From positions 32,001 through 96,000 of the forward strand of contig CAWHXP010000006.1 in assembly GCA_963833425.1 (NCBI GenBank): DNA of 64,000 nucleotides, in the 5' to 3' direction. The notes beneath the pieces were generated by a model. It was not told where the DNA came from, did not search any database, and worked only from the letters and a program-made list of their open reading frames with translations. Shown one piece after another: positions 1 to 11,959 of the stretch. This DNA is from an uncultured Methanosarcinaceae archaeon (lineage in GTDB: Archaea > Halobacteriota > Methanosarcinia > Methanosarcinales > Methanosarcinaceae). The position numbers and the translations under genes are program-made. Each line of letters starts with the position of its first letter. Position 1 is the stretch's first letter.

Positions 1-575
1 ATCAAAAACATTTATGGCCTTGTAACTCCATGCTCGAAGATTCTATGACCGCCCTGCAGGACCATAAATTGGAAATTGCCGAAGACGTAATCCAGAGAGA
101 TGACGATGTAGATCGCTTTTATCTTTTTGCTGTCCGCCAGCTCAAAGCTGCAATTGAAGATATTGAACTCTCTGAAAACATCGGAATTCAGCATCCAAGA
201 GACTGTCTGGGATACAGGCTTATTACAAAGATTATTGAACGCATAGGAGACCACTCTGTCAAGATAGCTAAAAACGTCCTAATAATGGGTGCAGTATTAA
301 ATGCTAATGATCCTATCTTTAAAATGGCTGAACTTTCACGAAAGGTTTTCGAAAGGTCAATAAACTCAATGACAGAAGAAGACCTTCAGACTATCAACAG
401 AATCGTTGTGGAAGCAAAAAAGGTTTCTTAGCCAGGATTTTTCCTGGAGGCACATGCATGTGGGAGTCCAGATAACGTTGAAATTAGTATGATCCTGGAG
501 AGCCTACGTAGGGTAGCCGAATATAGTGCCGATATTGCAGAAGTTTCAATCAATATAAATGTGAAAAAGATCTGA
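1..575 (+). pseudogene. phoU: PhoU-domain phosphate uptake regulator, 3' part; in-frame TAG at 429-431 and probable -1 frameshift near 27-29
   Basis: PhoU motifs DDDVDRFY and IERIGDHSVKIA. After TAG(429-431) the same frame continues 47 codons with a second PhoU-type helix SMILESLRRVAEYSADIAEVSIN to TGA 573-575. Bases 1-27 read IKNIYGLVT in a different frame from MLEDS. Confidence 0.8.
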
Positions 576-832
576 GTCTCAGATGTCTAATTCTTAAAAG
601 AGCTCTCATTCTATATATTAGGTTGAATTCACTTTATGTTGTGAATATCAATGCTATGAAGATCAAATGAATCGTCGTTCACAAATGTAATGAAGAAAAT
701 ACCTCACTATAGTGAAATCCATGAATCTCAGCTCTCCAAGCTCAAAGGATCCCGAAGGAATAACATTATGCGTATCTGGAACATCTATTGGCCCGGATCT
801 TGGCCGACCAAAAAAACACAAGATGATATGAA

Positions 833-2115
833 GCCAACTACCGCACACTAAAGCTATAGTCTTGCCAGTCCCTCGAAGTTAGCAGTTCAATTTAGTAGAC
901 TCAAAGCTAATCTAAGTTTATTTGGTCTATTGACAAGACTTTATCAGTTATCGTTCCCAAAACCGAATCTTTGTATATTAATTGCTACATTAATATCGAC
1001 ATTGATTAACTTACATACTTAACCTTTGTACAATCCTCTTTGAATTCTTCGTGATCTACTATATTCAGATTTTTCAATCGGATCTATGCAGAGAATCCAC
1101 TTGACTTGTATATGTTTCACTTATAAGTTAGTACTTAATACCGCAAAAATACATTTGCTTTCTAATTTACCGTTGAATATACCAAATGGAATTTGTACAA
1201 AGTTTTAATTATTACTTTTACTTTGCTTGATTCCTTGTTTAATTCCATTTAATTCTCCGGTTAGGACATCGTTTATATTATTTTCGAGCTTGTGTTTAGC
1301 CAGATAGTTGCCCTGCTGATTCATTAACTCCGTAATTCTATTAGACAGTTAAACTAACATTCTTATTTGCTGGGTAGTTATTTCTCCAATTTTCTATAAA
1401 TCTTTGATGCACTGCAATCTAGCATTTTTACTTGTTATACCATTGGTTGAGAGATCTTAGTATACTTGCAATCAACGATTGAAACAGTTCCATCTGTATC
1501 AACAAATGTAGCAAAATTAGAACTTTTAAGGTCTATGAGAAGGTAATTCAAAGAATCAGGGTTTAATATTTTCCTTTTTTTCTTGATAGATATATTTAAT
1601 TTTGAAGTATTTTCCGTCATAATCAGAAGAATATGTATATTCTTAATTGAAAATTTTTTTGATTATAAGAATATTTGAAATCTTAAAGGTTAAAAGTTAT
1701 TTTGCATTTGGAACTTTTGTCATTAACTCTTTGAAATTTATATTGTGGAATTTTTATTTTTTTAATAGAAAAAATATTTTTCGGAAACGATATCATGAAA
1801 TATTCTCCTTGGCCAAGGTAACGAGGTAGATTTGATTTATCGAATCGCTCATTTTTATATAGTTTTAACGATCCAAACAACTTCTCATACTGCTCTCAAC
1901 GTATTTAAGAGATCGTTTACCCGATACAGGCTGAATTAACTTATAGTTCTCCTTATCTTTACAGAGCTGATAATTTGACGGATATTTCAAAAGTTGTTCT
2001 GAAAAAAGGACTTTCTTGCATTAATACAACCTTAAATTATATCCATTTTTCGAGGTTCTGCTAAGCGTTATTATGACTCCAAAATTGTTTCTGATCTAAT
2101 CGAAGGTTGTTCATA
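833..2115 (-). mobile_element. tnpB: Decayed IS200/IS605-family TnpB gene with right-end remnant
   Basis: Manual minus-strand translation across stops and frameshifts gives LKYPSNYQLCKDKENYKLI, NLPRYLGQGEYFMISFPK, YDGKYFKIKYIYQ, IDLKSSNFATFVDTDG (RuvC-I-like), NFVQIPFGIFNGKLESKC and RIQRGLYK...LINVDINVAINI (RuvC-III-like). Right-end-like gctttagtgtgcggtagttggc at ~833-854. Confidence 0.8.
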
Positions 2116-2631
2116 AAACTTAGCATTGTGTCAACACAATGCTTTGTAAAAGTATGTATTCCATGCTAAAAGGTGAGGCTACGATCCATCCTGGCGCTAA
2201 CTCAACCGAATTTTTCCATTCTGTGCTCCAAACTCCATAAATATTTATAACTCTTCAAGGAACAGCTACCAAAAAATAAAATATCATGTTTTTAACTAGT
2301 GTCGGCTAAAAGTTGAAGAACAACAAAGTACTTTTGAACTATTACGAAGTATTCAAATCAAATGTCACAAATTACTCTTCATTTCTTTTAAAAGTGTTAA
2401 TCTGTCCTTCGAAAATAATTTGCCTTTGGGGGATATATATTTCTAAACAAAGCTGTATTACAGAGATTTTATGAGTCTTAAAAGTGAATTAGAATCCTCA
2501 AAACTAAACCAATCTGAATACTGCGTTTAACAACAGCTCTGGGAATCTATCAGCTTATATAATTAGCCGGCAGTTTATGCCTAGAAAATCCTCTAATTCG
2601 ATATACACGTGAAATAAGGGTGCATTTATAA

Positions 2632-3861
2632 ATGAAAGTTAATAGACCAAGAGGGACTCGGGATTTTTTACCTGAAGATACTGCTCGGAGAAAATATGTG
2701 GAAAACATTATGCGAAATATTGTCTACAACTGGGGATACAGTGAAATTATTACACCCACATTTGAATATCTTGATCTTTTTACTCTGAAGTCCGGGGAAG
2801 GAATTGAAGGAGAACTTTATAACTTCATGGACAAGGGTGGAAGGCCGATGACTTTAAGGCCGGAACTGACTGCTCCAGTCATGCGCCTGTATGTAAACGA
2901 ACTTCAATCATTTTCGAAACCTTTAAATCTATTTTATTTTGAGAACTGCTTCCGCTATGAGAGACCACAAAAAGGTCGTTTCAGGGAGTTCTGGCAGTTT
3001 GGAGTTGAACTTATTGGAAGCGGAAAATCAGATTCAGACGCTGAAGTTATCGCTCTTGCCGACGCCCTGATTAAAGCAATTGGAGTCACAGGCTACATAA
3101 AAATTGGGAACCTTGGAGTAATACGCACACTTTTAAGAGAACTTCAACCCGAAATAGTAAGCAAGATCATGCGACTTGTCGACAAAAAAGAATATGCAGG
3201 CCTGGAAGCACTGATTGAAGAAATTGGAGTAGAAGATCAATTGAAATTCAAACTTTTCAAGCTGATTAAGCTGGAAGGCAGGTACATCCTACCTCAGGTA
3301 AGGGAAATAATTGGGAATAACCCTGAGCTTGTGGCCTTTGAAAAGACCCTTAAACTCCTCGATGCATATGGAGTGGATTACTTTCTTGACTTCGGAATTG
3401 CGCGAGGGCTCGATTACTATACAGGTATGGTTTTTGAGGTCTATGCAGACGGGCTCGGCGCCCAAAAACAAATTTGTGGAGGAGGTTCTTACCAGCTCAT
3501 CCAACTTTTTGGAGGTGGAGACGTACCTTCGACTGGTTTTGGGATAGGCTTTGACAGAATAATGGAAATATGTCCTCTAGTAAATCCTGCATCTAAAAAA
3601 GTTGTGCTGCTATCAAAGCCTGAAACCCATCTAGAGGCCATAAAATTTGCAACTGAATTAAGGAAGTATCTGCCAGTCCACATAGATCTAATGGAACGCA
3701 ATTTCAAAACCCAACTTTCCTACGCAAATGCCATCAATGCCGATTACGCGATTATAGTCGGGGAGAAAGAACTTGCGGCAGAGAAGCTTACTCTAAAGGA
3801 CATGATATCCGGAAAACAGGAGCTTCTGACTTTGGATAAAATTATTGAGAAATTTTCATGA
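2632..3861 (+). CDS. hisS: Histidyl-tRNA synthetase
   Basis: [44 protein letters not shown] and GGGSY motifs; 409 aa. Confidence 0.98.
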   Translation: MKVNRPRGTRDFLPEDTARRKYVENIMRNIVYNWGYSEIITPTFEYLDLFTLKSGEGIEGELYNFMDKGGRPMTLRPELTAPVMRLYVNELQSFSKPLNLFYFENCFRYERPQKGRFREFWQFGVELIGSGKSDSDAEVIALADALIKAIGVTGYIKIGNLGVIRTLLRELQPEIVSKIMRLVDKKEYAGLEALIEEIGVEDQLKFKLFKLIKLEGRYILPQVREIIGNNPELVAFEKTLKLLDAYGVDYFLDFGIARGLDYYTGMVFEVYADGLGAQKQICGGGSYQLIQLFGGGDVPSTGFGIGFDRIMEICPLVNPASKKVVLLSKPETHLEAIKFATELRKYLPVHIDLMERNFKTQLSYANAINADYAIIVGEKELAAEKLTLKDMISGKQELLTLDKIIEKFS

Positions 3862-4050
3862 AGCTAATATTATGTAGATGTAGACACATGGCGCCTACAC
3901 CCTTTCGCGAAAATGTGTGGAATCCATGTTTTACGAAAAGATTGTGATCCCAATCTTAAAATGTTAATAGAAGCATTATGATCTCTATCGAGAAGAAGAT
4001 CCACATATGTACAACTGTGCATTATTTTTGATAGATCTTTTTTAACTATT

Positions 4051-4202
4051 GGTTCCGTTGCAAAAAATCAGAACATTTTACAAAACCGTTGAAAAACAAT
4101 CACAATAAGGAGATTTGAGTGATCAAAATTGGGTTAAAATCGCATTTAAAGGAAAGAAATAATGGTCTCAAAGCACATAAAAATTATTTTTGCAACATAA
4201 CC
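4051..4202. mobile_element. IS6-derived MITE, 152 bp
   Basis: Ends GGTTCCGTTGCAAAAA ... TTTTTGCAACATAACC match the TIRs of the IS6 copies in this window; no transposase; interior co-linear with 10174-10324. Confidence 0.75.
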
Positions 4203-5015
4203 AACATAAGTAACCCTTCTACTAATATAACTAGCACAAGTAGCTCTGATGATACTACTAATACAGGTCAAATAACAAAGTCAGCTGACTCGTATGTGAT
4301 CCAAAACACAAATAACGTTAATAATGAACACAGAGAAGTCGGTAAAAATGTACATACTCCTAGCCAAACTTTTAGCCCCGTTACTCCTAATCCCAATACA
4401 CCTAATTCCACAACTCCTAGTCCCATAATTCAAGTAGCTACGATAACAATCGTTAAGACTGTAAAAATAAACCCCGATATAAATATATATTTTCAGTATG
4501 CTCAACTAATATTCAAACATAATGATAAAATGAAACTCGGTAACACTACAACTGTAAAAGAATTTATCACCAAAAATACTTCTAAAGATTTTTATAAAAT
4601 ACTTGAAGATAATGCTTCCAGCGAAAAACTTCAGTCTAAGAATATTAAAGTAACAAAATTTATGAATGTCACATTAATAAAAAAAGATAAAGATTCCTTC
4701 ATAATCACTCCACTATCATGATGACGTCCAACTCGTATTAGGAGAACCACCAACTACGTAGCTATGGGATGTAGTACCACAGAAATCTGGAAACAAAATA
4801 CTTGTGCTAAATATTCGTTATACAATCCTTTTAGATTACGCTGGAAACATTCAATTGAAATATATGAGTTACCCAACAGAACAGAAGGAGTATGTAGAAG
4901 TAAAATCAGATCCCTAGTATATATTAAAGTCTAATTGGAAATAGACTGTAGGGACTATAGGTGCTGTAATATCAGGATCTTTTGGGCTCTATTTTCAGTG
5001 GAAGAAAAAAAATAA
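4203..5015 (+). pseudogene. Decayed secreted/membrane-anchored hypothetical protein (Ser/Thr/Asn-rich stalk, C-terminal TM plus basic tail)
   Basis: 5' end of ORF 4119-4721 lies inside the MITE. After a frameshift near 4718 the reading continues HDDVQLVLGEPPTT*LWDVVPQKSGNKILVL...KSDP*YILKSNWK*TVGTIGAVISGSFGLYFQWKKKK, with three internal TAGs. Confidence 0.55.
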
Positions 5016-5936
5016 TTAAATAATTAAGCTGTTAAAAAAATATACTTTTGCATGGATAAAAATCCCCACCTAGCTAGTTTATTTGAAAGGCATGAAAAAC
5101 TTAACTTGAACTTGTCAGTGATTTATCCCATTTTTATATTTGCGATGATAATGTATGATATCCGCATTTGAAGCTTTGGGCACCCTACATTATAGTCCTG
5201 ACAATGATAAAACAGCTACTATCAAACTTATAGACATAAAAGTGAATTAGACTAAAAATAAACTGGTTCATTTAACTTAAATTAAGTATGCGTTTTTCTA
5301 TTCTTTTTATTATGTGAGTTAAAGTGGGTACGAATAATAAAATCATCTAGATAATTTGCGTTGAGAATATACATAGCTTTTTGTGACAAAACCTATGTAT
5401 TCTCATAGTTTCCAGCCGAAATTATAGGACGTTTTTATCTGATTATGCCGGAAATGTATAATTTTTATTAAGATATATGTAATGTTAAATAGCCGAAAAG
5501 TTGCTATATCCATATTCTTAGTGTTTTACAAGTACTTATCAGAGTAGAATCCATCATTTTCATATTTTTTTATATCCTAAAATTAATATTAACTAAATGA
5601 TAGAAAGCGACCAATTTTTCAGATCAATTATGAGCTACACGAACAGACAAAATGAGATTAATAGAATAATTCGCATATTTCTTCTTTTTTAAAAATATAG
5701 TAAAGTGTATAACTCACAAACTCTTTGATTCTATATTACTTGCAACAATTTTTATAAAGACAGAAATCTTCAAGTTATCAAAGTCCATTTATAAAATGCT
5801 TTCGATAGGTATTGATTTTTTAATCAAAAATAAATGAATGAATCAGAAGTTAATAAGATCGATGAATATCAATACCAAGATAGATCTTGTTATAATTTTT
5901 TTCAAATGATACTATATGGGAAAAGGAGAAAAATGC

Positions 5937-6484
5937 ATGATGAATAAAAAAAATCTTATTCGATAGCCTTAGTTTTAATAGCTTTGGTTTTTATGCTAGT
6001 GGGTATCACAGGTGCAGCGCCATTTGCATATATTCCAAACTTTGACAGCAACACCATCTCTGAATTAACACAACCACAAATACTGTTACAGCCACGGTGC
6101 CTGTAGGACTCAATCCTTCTGCCTTCGGGAAGTTTATAGGTAATATTCCAATGACTCCAGGTAATAATATGCCAATGACTCCTGCAATTACCTGGAGTAA
6201 CCCAGCCGACATATGTCAGAGAATGCCATTGAGCTATGATCAATTGGATGCATGGGCTGGTAAGACCTGGATTACCTGGCACTTACTACTATAACCCAGA
6301 CGTAGGCACTGTATTACGTGAAGGTAAATATCAGCCATTGAATGTTAATTTCGTACTAGCTGATAGTATAAACTACACTAACACATCAAAGACTGATTAT
6401 ATTAATGTAAACCAATGCCCAGAAAAACATGGATTCAACCACGAGTCGGAGTATAGCACATTTCTTCCCTTAAATTGGGGATAA
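5937..6484 (+). pseudogene. YVTN beta-propeller/MBG-like cell-surface protein, frameshifted and internally deleted
   Basis: Signal-peptide-like LVLIALVFMLVGITGA-APFAYIPNFDSNTIS, then TTNTVTATVPVGLNP, TPAITWSNPADI and PGTYYYNPDVGTVL in different frames; typical Methanosarcina surface-protein motifs. Confidence 0.75.
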
Positions 6485-6500
6485 AACTTCAATATAATCT

Positions 6501-6600
6501 GAAAAATAAGGAGTCAAACAACTCCTTTTTCTAATCTGTTACACTCATAGCCCGCAAAATTAGCTACGTATACTGCTGCAGGGACATCGGGGCAACCCAA
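6501..6600 (+). repeat. ~100-bp dispersed element with terminator-like hairpin; inverted copy at 9898-9997
   Basis: GGAGTcaaacaACTCCttttt hairpin followed by ctaatctgttacactcatagcccgcaaaattagcta...ctgcagggacat; aligns to the reverse complement of 9898-9997. Confidence 0.8.
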
Positions 6601-6643
6601 CAATTAAGTCCAAGTGATGCTAATACTAATTAGTTTAAGTTAG

Positions 6644-7496
6644 GGTTCCGTTGCAAAAATCTCAGAATAAGCACGTAAATATATGGATGATGAACAAAAA
6701 TCAAAATATCCGAGAAGAATGTATCAATATTACAGAACTATTCCAAATAATTGATTGGTATATTTAGCTTCATTAAGACCAGAGTAGTTTAAAGTCTTGA
6801 TTTGTCCTTTATTGATCATATTCATGGCTTCAATTCCTTTTAAAGTCTTATTAGCAGATCGAAAAGACTGAAATCCTAATATTGGATTAACGATTCGTTT
6901 GATAGATCTATGATCTTGTTCTATAATGTTATTCAAATACTTGATTTGTCTAATGCCTACGTTTTTAGGTAATATTTTATCATTTTTCAGTTCATCTATA
7001 GAAAGTGGATAAGCTGGATTCTTATCAACGGTTATTACTCCTGGAATTTGATTATGATTAGAACTCAAAACTTTCTTAAAGAATCTCTTCGCTGCTTTTC
7101 GATTTCGTTTTGCACTTAACATGAAATCAATTGTATCTCCATTTGAATCAACTGCTCGGTAAAAATATTTCCATTTACCTTTTACTTTGATATAGGTTTT
7201 ATCAACTCCACGAATCGTTTGTTGGTCTTAAATGTCTTCTTATCTTCTTTTCTATTTCAGGAAAATATTGATACACCCATCTTATTATAGTACTGTGATC
7301 AACTTGAATTCCTCTTTCTATCATCATTTCCTTTAAATTTCTATAGCTCAATGGGTATTTTAGGTGCCATCTTACGTTTAATAAGATAATTTCTCCTTCA
7401 TAATGCTTCCATTTAAAGGAATTAGATAGCATATTACTATCTTTGGTTTTCTTTTTAATCTATTTATCATTAGAAAGGATTTTTTGCAACGGAACC
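6644..7496 (-). mobile_element. IS6-family element, transposase frameshifted
   Basis: TIRs GGTTCCGTTGCAAAAA at both ends. ORFs 7202-7432 and 6730-7122 are halves of the transposase seen intact at 39278-39982; frameshift at WRVDETY. Confidence 0.95.
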
Positions 7497-7636
7497 ATCA
7501 AAAGAGAATAAATTGAGTATTAACTTTGCAACACACAGAATAAAATAACATATAGTTATATAAATGTTAAAATATTTTCATATTAAATGAAAAAATTTCA
7601 GCGTAAGTCTTTATTGGAATTTATGGTGTTGGTTAA

Positions 7637-9700
7637 TTGATAGACCAGGTGGAAATTCACGATCAATGTCTAAGCGATGATCAAAGAAAGCGTATCAAGG
7701 CGTCAGAGCAATTAAAATCTAATTTTTCATTGTTGGCAGATAAGCAACAGGCTTGGAATGATTTAGTTAGACTGACCAATGATGAAGACAGTTGGATAAG
7801 ACATAAGGCTGCCAATGCTCTTGGTTTTGCGTTTTCTAAAGTCCCAGATAAACAACGGGCATGGGATGATTTACATAGACTGATCAATGATGAAGACAGT
7901 GATGTGAGATTTTATGCAGCCAAAGTTCTTGGTTCTGCGTTTTCTGACATCCCAGATAAACAACAAGCATGGAACGATTTACATAGACTGACCAATGATA
8001 AAAACAGTGATGTGAGATTTTATGCAGCCGATTCTCTTGGTTCTGCGTTTTCTCATGTGACAGATAAACAACAAGCATGGAACGATTTACATAGACTGAC
8101 CAATGATGAAGACAGTGATGTAGGGCGTCTGGCAGCTTACGTTCTCAGTTCTGTGTTTTCTCAAGTACCAGATCAACAACATGCGTGGGACGATTTACAT
8201 AGACTGATCAATGATAAAGACAGTGCTTTGATATCTTCTGCAGCTTCTGATTCTGGTTCTACATTTTCTAAAGTGCCAGATAAACAACAAGCATGTAACG
8301 AGTTACATAAACTGACCAATGATAAAGACAGAAATGTGATATTTCATGCAGCTGCCGCCCTTTGTTCTGCGTTTTCTTGCATACTAAATAAACAACAGGC
8401 ATGGAACGACTTACATAGATTGACCACTAATGAATACAAGGCTGTGAGATCTAGTGTAGCTGATGCTCTTGGTTCTGTGTTTTCTCATGTACCAGATAAA
8501 CAACAGGCATGGAACGATTTACATAAACTAACAAAGGATAAAGACAGATATGTAAGAACCTATGCTAAGTACTCTCTTGGGAGAGTTTCCATATTCAAAG
8601 CTTCCCAGGCAGAAAAAGATGAAGATTACAAAAAAGAATTAGCACAGGCAATTGAATTTTTTGAAAAAGTAGCACAAGATTCAACTGGAATAAGCTGTAA
8701 ACCGGCTCAATTTTACCTTCCTTTTTATCGCTCATTCTATACAATAATTTTCAAAAAACAGGACGAAGAAAAAGATGAAATAAATAAATATTTAGAAGAA
8801 GCTAAAGCTGCGATCGAAGGTTCAGAAAGTAAGGAACAACTTTTTGAAGCCGTTGAAAACCTTGCGAAAGCATTAAAAGAAGTCCAGAATTTGGGATCTC
8901 TGGACTTGCAGATGATGAAAGATGAGCTTAATTTCCATAGGCAGTATTTGGATAACGTAGCAGAACTAATGAACGATAATAGTGAAAGGGTACCATATGC
9001 TACAGAAGTTTTAAGAAAAGGGAAGTGGTTGCTGGACATAAATATAAACAAGCTTTTTGAAGAGATCCAAGAAAAAGCAAAGACAGCATGTAAGGTATCT
9101 GAAGGAACTGCTGCTGAAGAAATTTCTTGCGCTGTTATTAAAGAAATCCAAAAATGGGAAGTCGGCAGTAAGGAAGAAATGAAACAAAATATTGGAAATC
9201 TGATTGAGACTCTCAGGCTTAAAATACCACATTCAAAGGGTTATGAACACCTTTATATGGAAATTGAAGGGATACAAGACGAAAAGAACCTAGAAAAACA
9301 ATATATGAAAATTGCTCGACTTATTGGCTTAATACCAATGGTTAGCTCAATGTCCAATCATTCAGTACAAGATATTAAAGATATCAAAAAGCAACAATTC
9401 CAACCTTAGACGAAGTGAAAGAATCAAGAGAATATATGGAACTGCAGGCCCCACAGCAATACTTTGATACTCTTCAACGATATTTGGAAGAGATTCAGAT
9501 TGATATCCCTGAAATGAAGGAAAAGATCGATAAAAGTACTCGATGAATTAGATTCTCCTTCTTTAAGTACAGAGTATAAACTGAAAATTGTTATTCCGAT
9601 GATTCCGTCACTTGTGTTTTATGAAACAGAAACAAATGTTCCAAAAAGTGTGGCTGATAAAATACATAAGTTAATGAATCAAATATCGAATAATCGATAA
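7637..9700 (+). pseudogene. Methanosarcina-type HEAT-repeat protein; ORF ends at 9409 but the C-terminus continues through two A-run frameshifts
   Basis: About seven to eight 39-aa repeats (PDKQQAWNDLHRLTNDEDSDVRFYAA..LGSAFS). Downstream frames read ATIPTLDEVKE...MKEKID and VLDELDSPSLSTEYKLKIVIPMIPSLVFYETE to TAA 9698-9700. Confidence 0.8.
7735..8580 (+). repeat. 117-bp intragenic tandem repeats encoding HEAT units
   Basis: Recurring cagataaacaacaagcatggaacgatttacatagactgaccaatgat at 117-bp spacing. Confidence 0.9.
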
Positions 9701-9897
9701 AAAGTTTTGAGTTTTAAAGGTCTATAAAGGCTTCGGCGGCTAAACAACTATCTCGAGCCTATTTAACTTGGAAACAACTCTAATTCCTTGAAGATTTCAC
9801 AGATTCGACAGGGTACGAATGTTCTATAAAGTCTCAATGGTTCTGTACCCTTTTTTTCTTTACCGCAATAAGCAGGATTTATTAACTTTCCTGATTC

Positions 9898-9997
9898 TTG
9901 GACTGCCTATGTCCCTGCAGTAGTATTCTTAGCAAACTTTTGCTGGCTTATGGATGTAAAAGATTAGAAGAAGGAGTTTTTTGACTCCGTACTTTTT
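9898..9997 (-). repeat. Inverted copy of the ~100-bp element at 6501-6600
   Basis: Reverse complement reads aaaaagtacggagtcaaaaaactccttcttctaatcttttacatccataagccagcaaaagtttgcta...ctgcagggacataggcagtcc. Confidence 0.8.
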
Positions 9998-10173
9998 AAC
10001 TGTTTTTATGCGCTTTGGATACTTATTCCAAATAATACCTACTTATCTAACTTGATTGCTTTAAACATCAATTACAGTAATTTCTGCATCAATGGACCTT
10101 TTTTCCTTTGCCACTTAGATGCATGCATAGGTTTAATCACAAAAACTGTGCATAATGTAATTATACATATTCA

Positions 10174-10324
10174 GGTTCGGGTGCAAAAAAACTTGTTTAG
10201 TTACAAAATCAGTGCAAACCTTCACAATTAGTCAAGTCACTCTTGCTCATAAACGAGAAAAATGGTACATAAAGGTAAGAATTACAGTATCAAATTGTAG
10301 AAATATTGTTTTTGCAACAGAACC
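10174..10324. mobile_element. IS6-derived MITE, 151 bp
   Basis: Ends GGTTCGGGTGCAAAAA ... TTTTTGCAACAGAACC; same length and co-linear interior motifs as 4051-4202. Confidence 0.7.
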
Positions 10325-10676
10325 GAAAAACGACCAATTTTTCAGATCAATTGTTATTGTCAAAATAATTATGGACTAATGAAAAAGTAAAATAAGGTTA
10401 ATCAAATATATCTAGCTCTTTTTTTTGTAACAAAATAAATTTCTAAGCAAAGTATATAATGCTTTAACTATCTAGATATATTGTCAATGTATGGCGGTTT
10501 TTGAAGTGTCTATAGCATCTAACTTATACTGCGCTTTCAATAATTAACAACTTTCGTGGTTATAACCAAAAAGAGTTAATTTGATATCAAGAATTAGTGG
10601 TCCTACTGTTCAAAGAAGAAAATTGATAACTATTCTATACAGTAGAAAATATTCAAACTTTTTAATAATTAATTTT

Positions 10677-11810
10677 AGAGAATTTCGATAACCTCCATGC
10701 TCTTGAGCATGGTTGACTTTAAATTTGTCAATATTTATGTATATTCATGAAAACTTTTACTGATTTTGCTCTTAAAGAAGAGTATAAACGTCTTGAATCT
10801 GTTGGAGATAAGCTTGCTGAAATTGATTTCTTAATTGATTGGAAAACGTTTCGTATTATTCATGAGCCTATGTATATTAACAAACCCTTTTCAGGAGGGA
10901 GACCTGAAACTGATGTCATTGTGATGTTCAAAATGCTTGTTTTACAACAATGGCACAGGCTTTCTGATTTTGAACTTGAGAAACAGTGTATAGATTGAAT
11001 TTCTTTTAGAAAATTCCTTGGATTTCCGGAATACATACCTGACAGTACTACTGTATGGCTATTTAGGGATAGAATTATCGAGAATTTCCAAGAAAATATG
11101 GGTAAAGTTGCAAAGCCAACTTGCTGCTCTGGGTTTACAGATAAAGCAGGGAATTATTCAGGATGCTACTTTTATCCATTCAGATCCAGGACATGCAAAA
11201 GCAGAGAGATGAGGCAAAAACAAGAAGAAGCAGAGACGGTACTTGGACAAAGAAGGGAGGTAAGTCTCACTTTGGATATAAGTTTCATAATATAATAGAC
11301 AGAGATTATGAGCTGATCAGAAGATTCAAACAACAACTGCGTCAGTACATGATTCGTATGTAGATTTGACAGAGGAAAATGAAGTGGTTTATAGGATAGA
11401 GGATACTTTGGAGCAAAAACTAAAGGGTATAATGCAACATTGAAAAGAGCAGTCAAAGGACATACGCTGGGAATAAAGGATATATTAAGAAATAAGAGAA
11501 TTAGCTCAAAAAGAGTCAAAGGGGAAAGAGTTTATTCAGTAACGAAAGAAATTTTCAAAGCAGGAAGAGTTTTTGTTACTACTGTTAAAAGAGTAAATCT
11601 AAAAATGTTGTGTACGGCTTTTTGTTATAATCTCCATCAATTGAGGAAATTGAAAATAAAAAAAGTATATTGAAAATAGCGGAAGATATCTTTAAAATCA
11701 AAGAATTGAGAATAAGTAAAGCCAAAAAGAGGAATTAAAGAGAGAAATTGAGGGGAAGATATGAGAAATCCCTGCTAAGAAATAAAATCCGAAGTTTATC
11801 GAAATCCTCT
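10677..11810 (+). mobile_element. IS5-family element with inactivated transposase
   Basis: TIRs AGAGAATTTCGATAAC / GTTTATCGAAATCCTCT. Fragments MKTFTDFALK..GGRP..KMLVLQQWH, IQDATFIHSDPG, DGTWTKKGGKSHFGYKFH and RVKGERVYSVTK. TGA at 10996-10998 plus frameshifts. Confidence 0.95.
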
Positions 11811-11959
11811 ATACTTTAAGCCACCTTCGCAATATAAAATTGAACTATTTCATGTAATTTATGTATATATAATTGAAATATCAAATAGCTTTTGTTTATT
11901 AAGTAATGGATAAAATTTATTTTAGACAATAGCTGTCTTTTATAGATATAACCCATCTA

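Noticed and set aside
4740..4780. IS605 right-end-like sequence
   Set aside because: Reads as part of the coding frame of the 4203-5015 pseudogene
7735..8580. Regularly spaced repeats resembling a CRISPR array
   Set aside because: 117-bp in-frame coding repeats (HEAT) with no unique spacers and no cas genes
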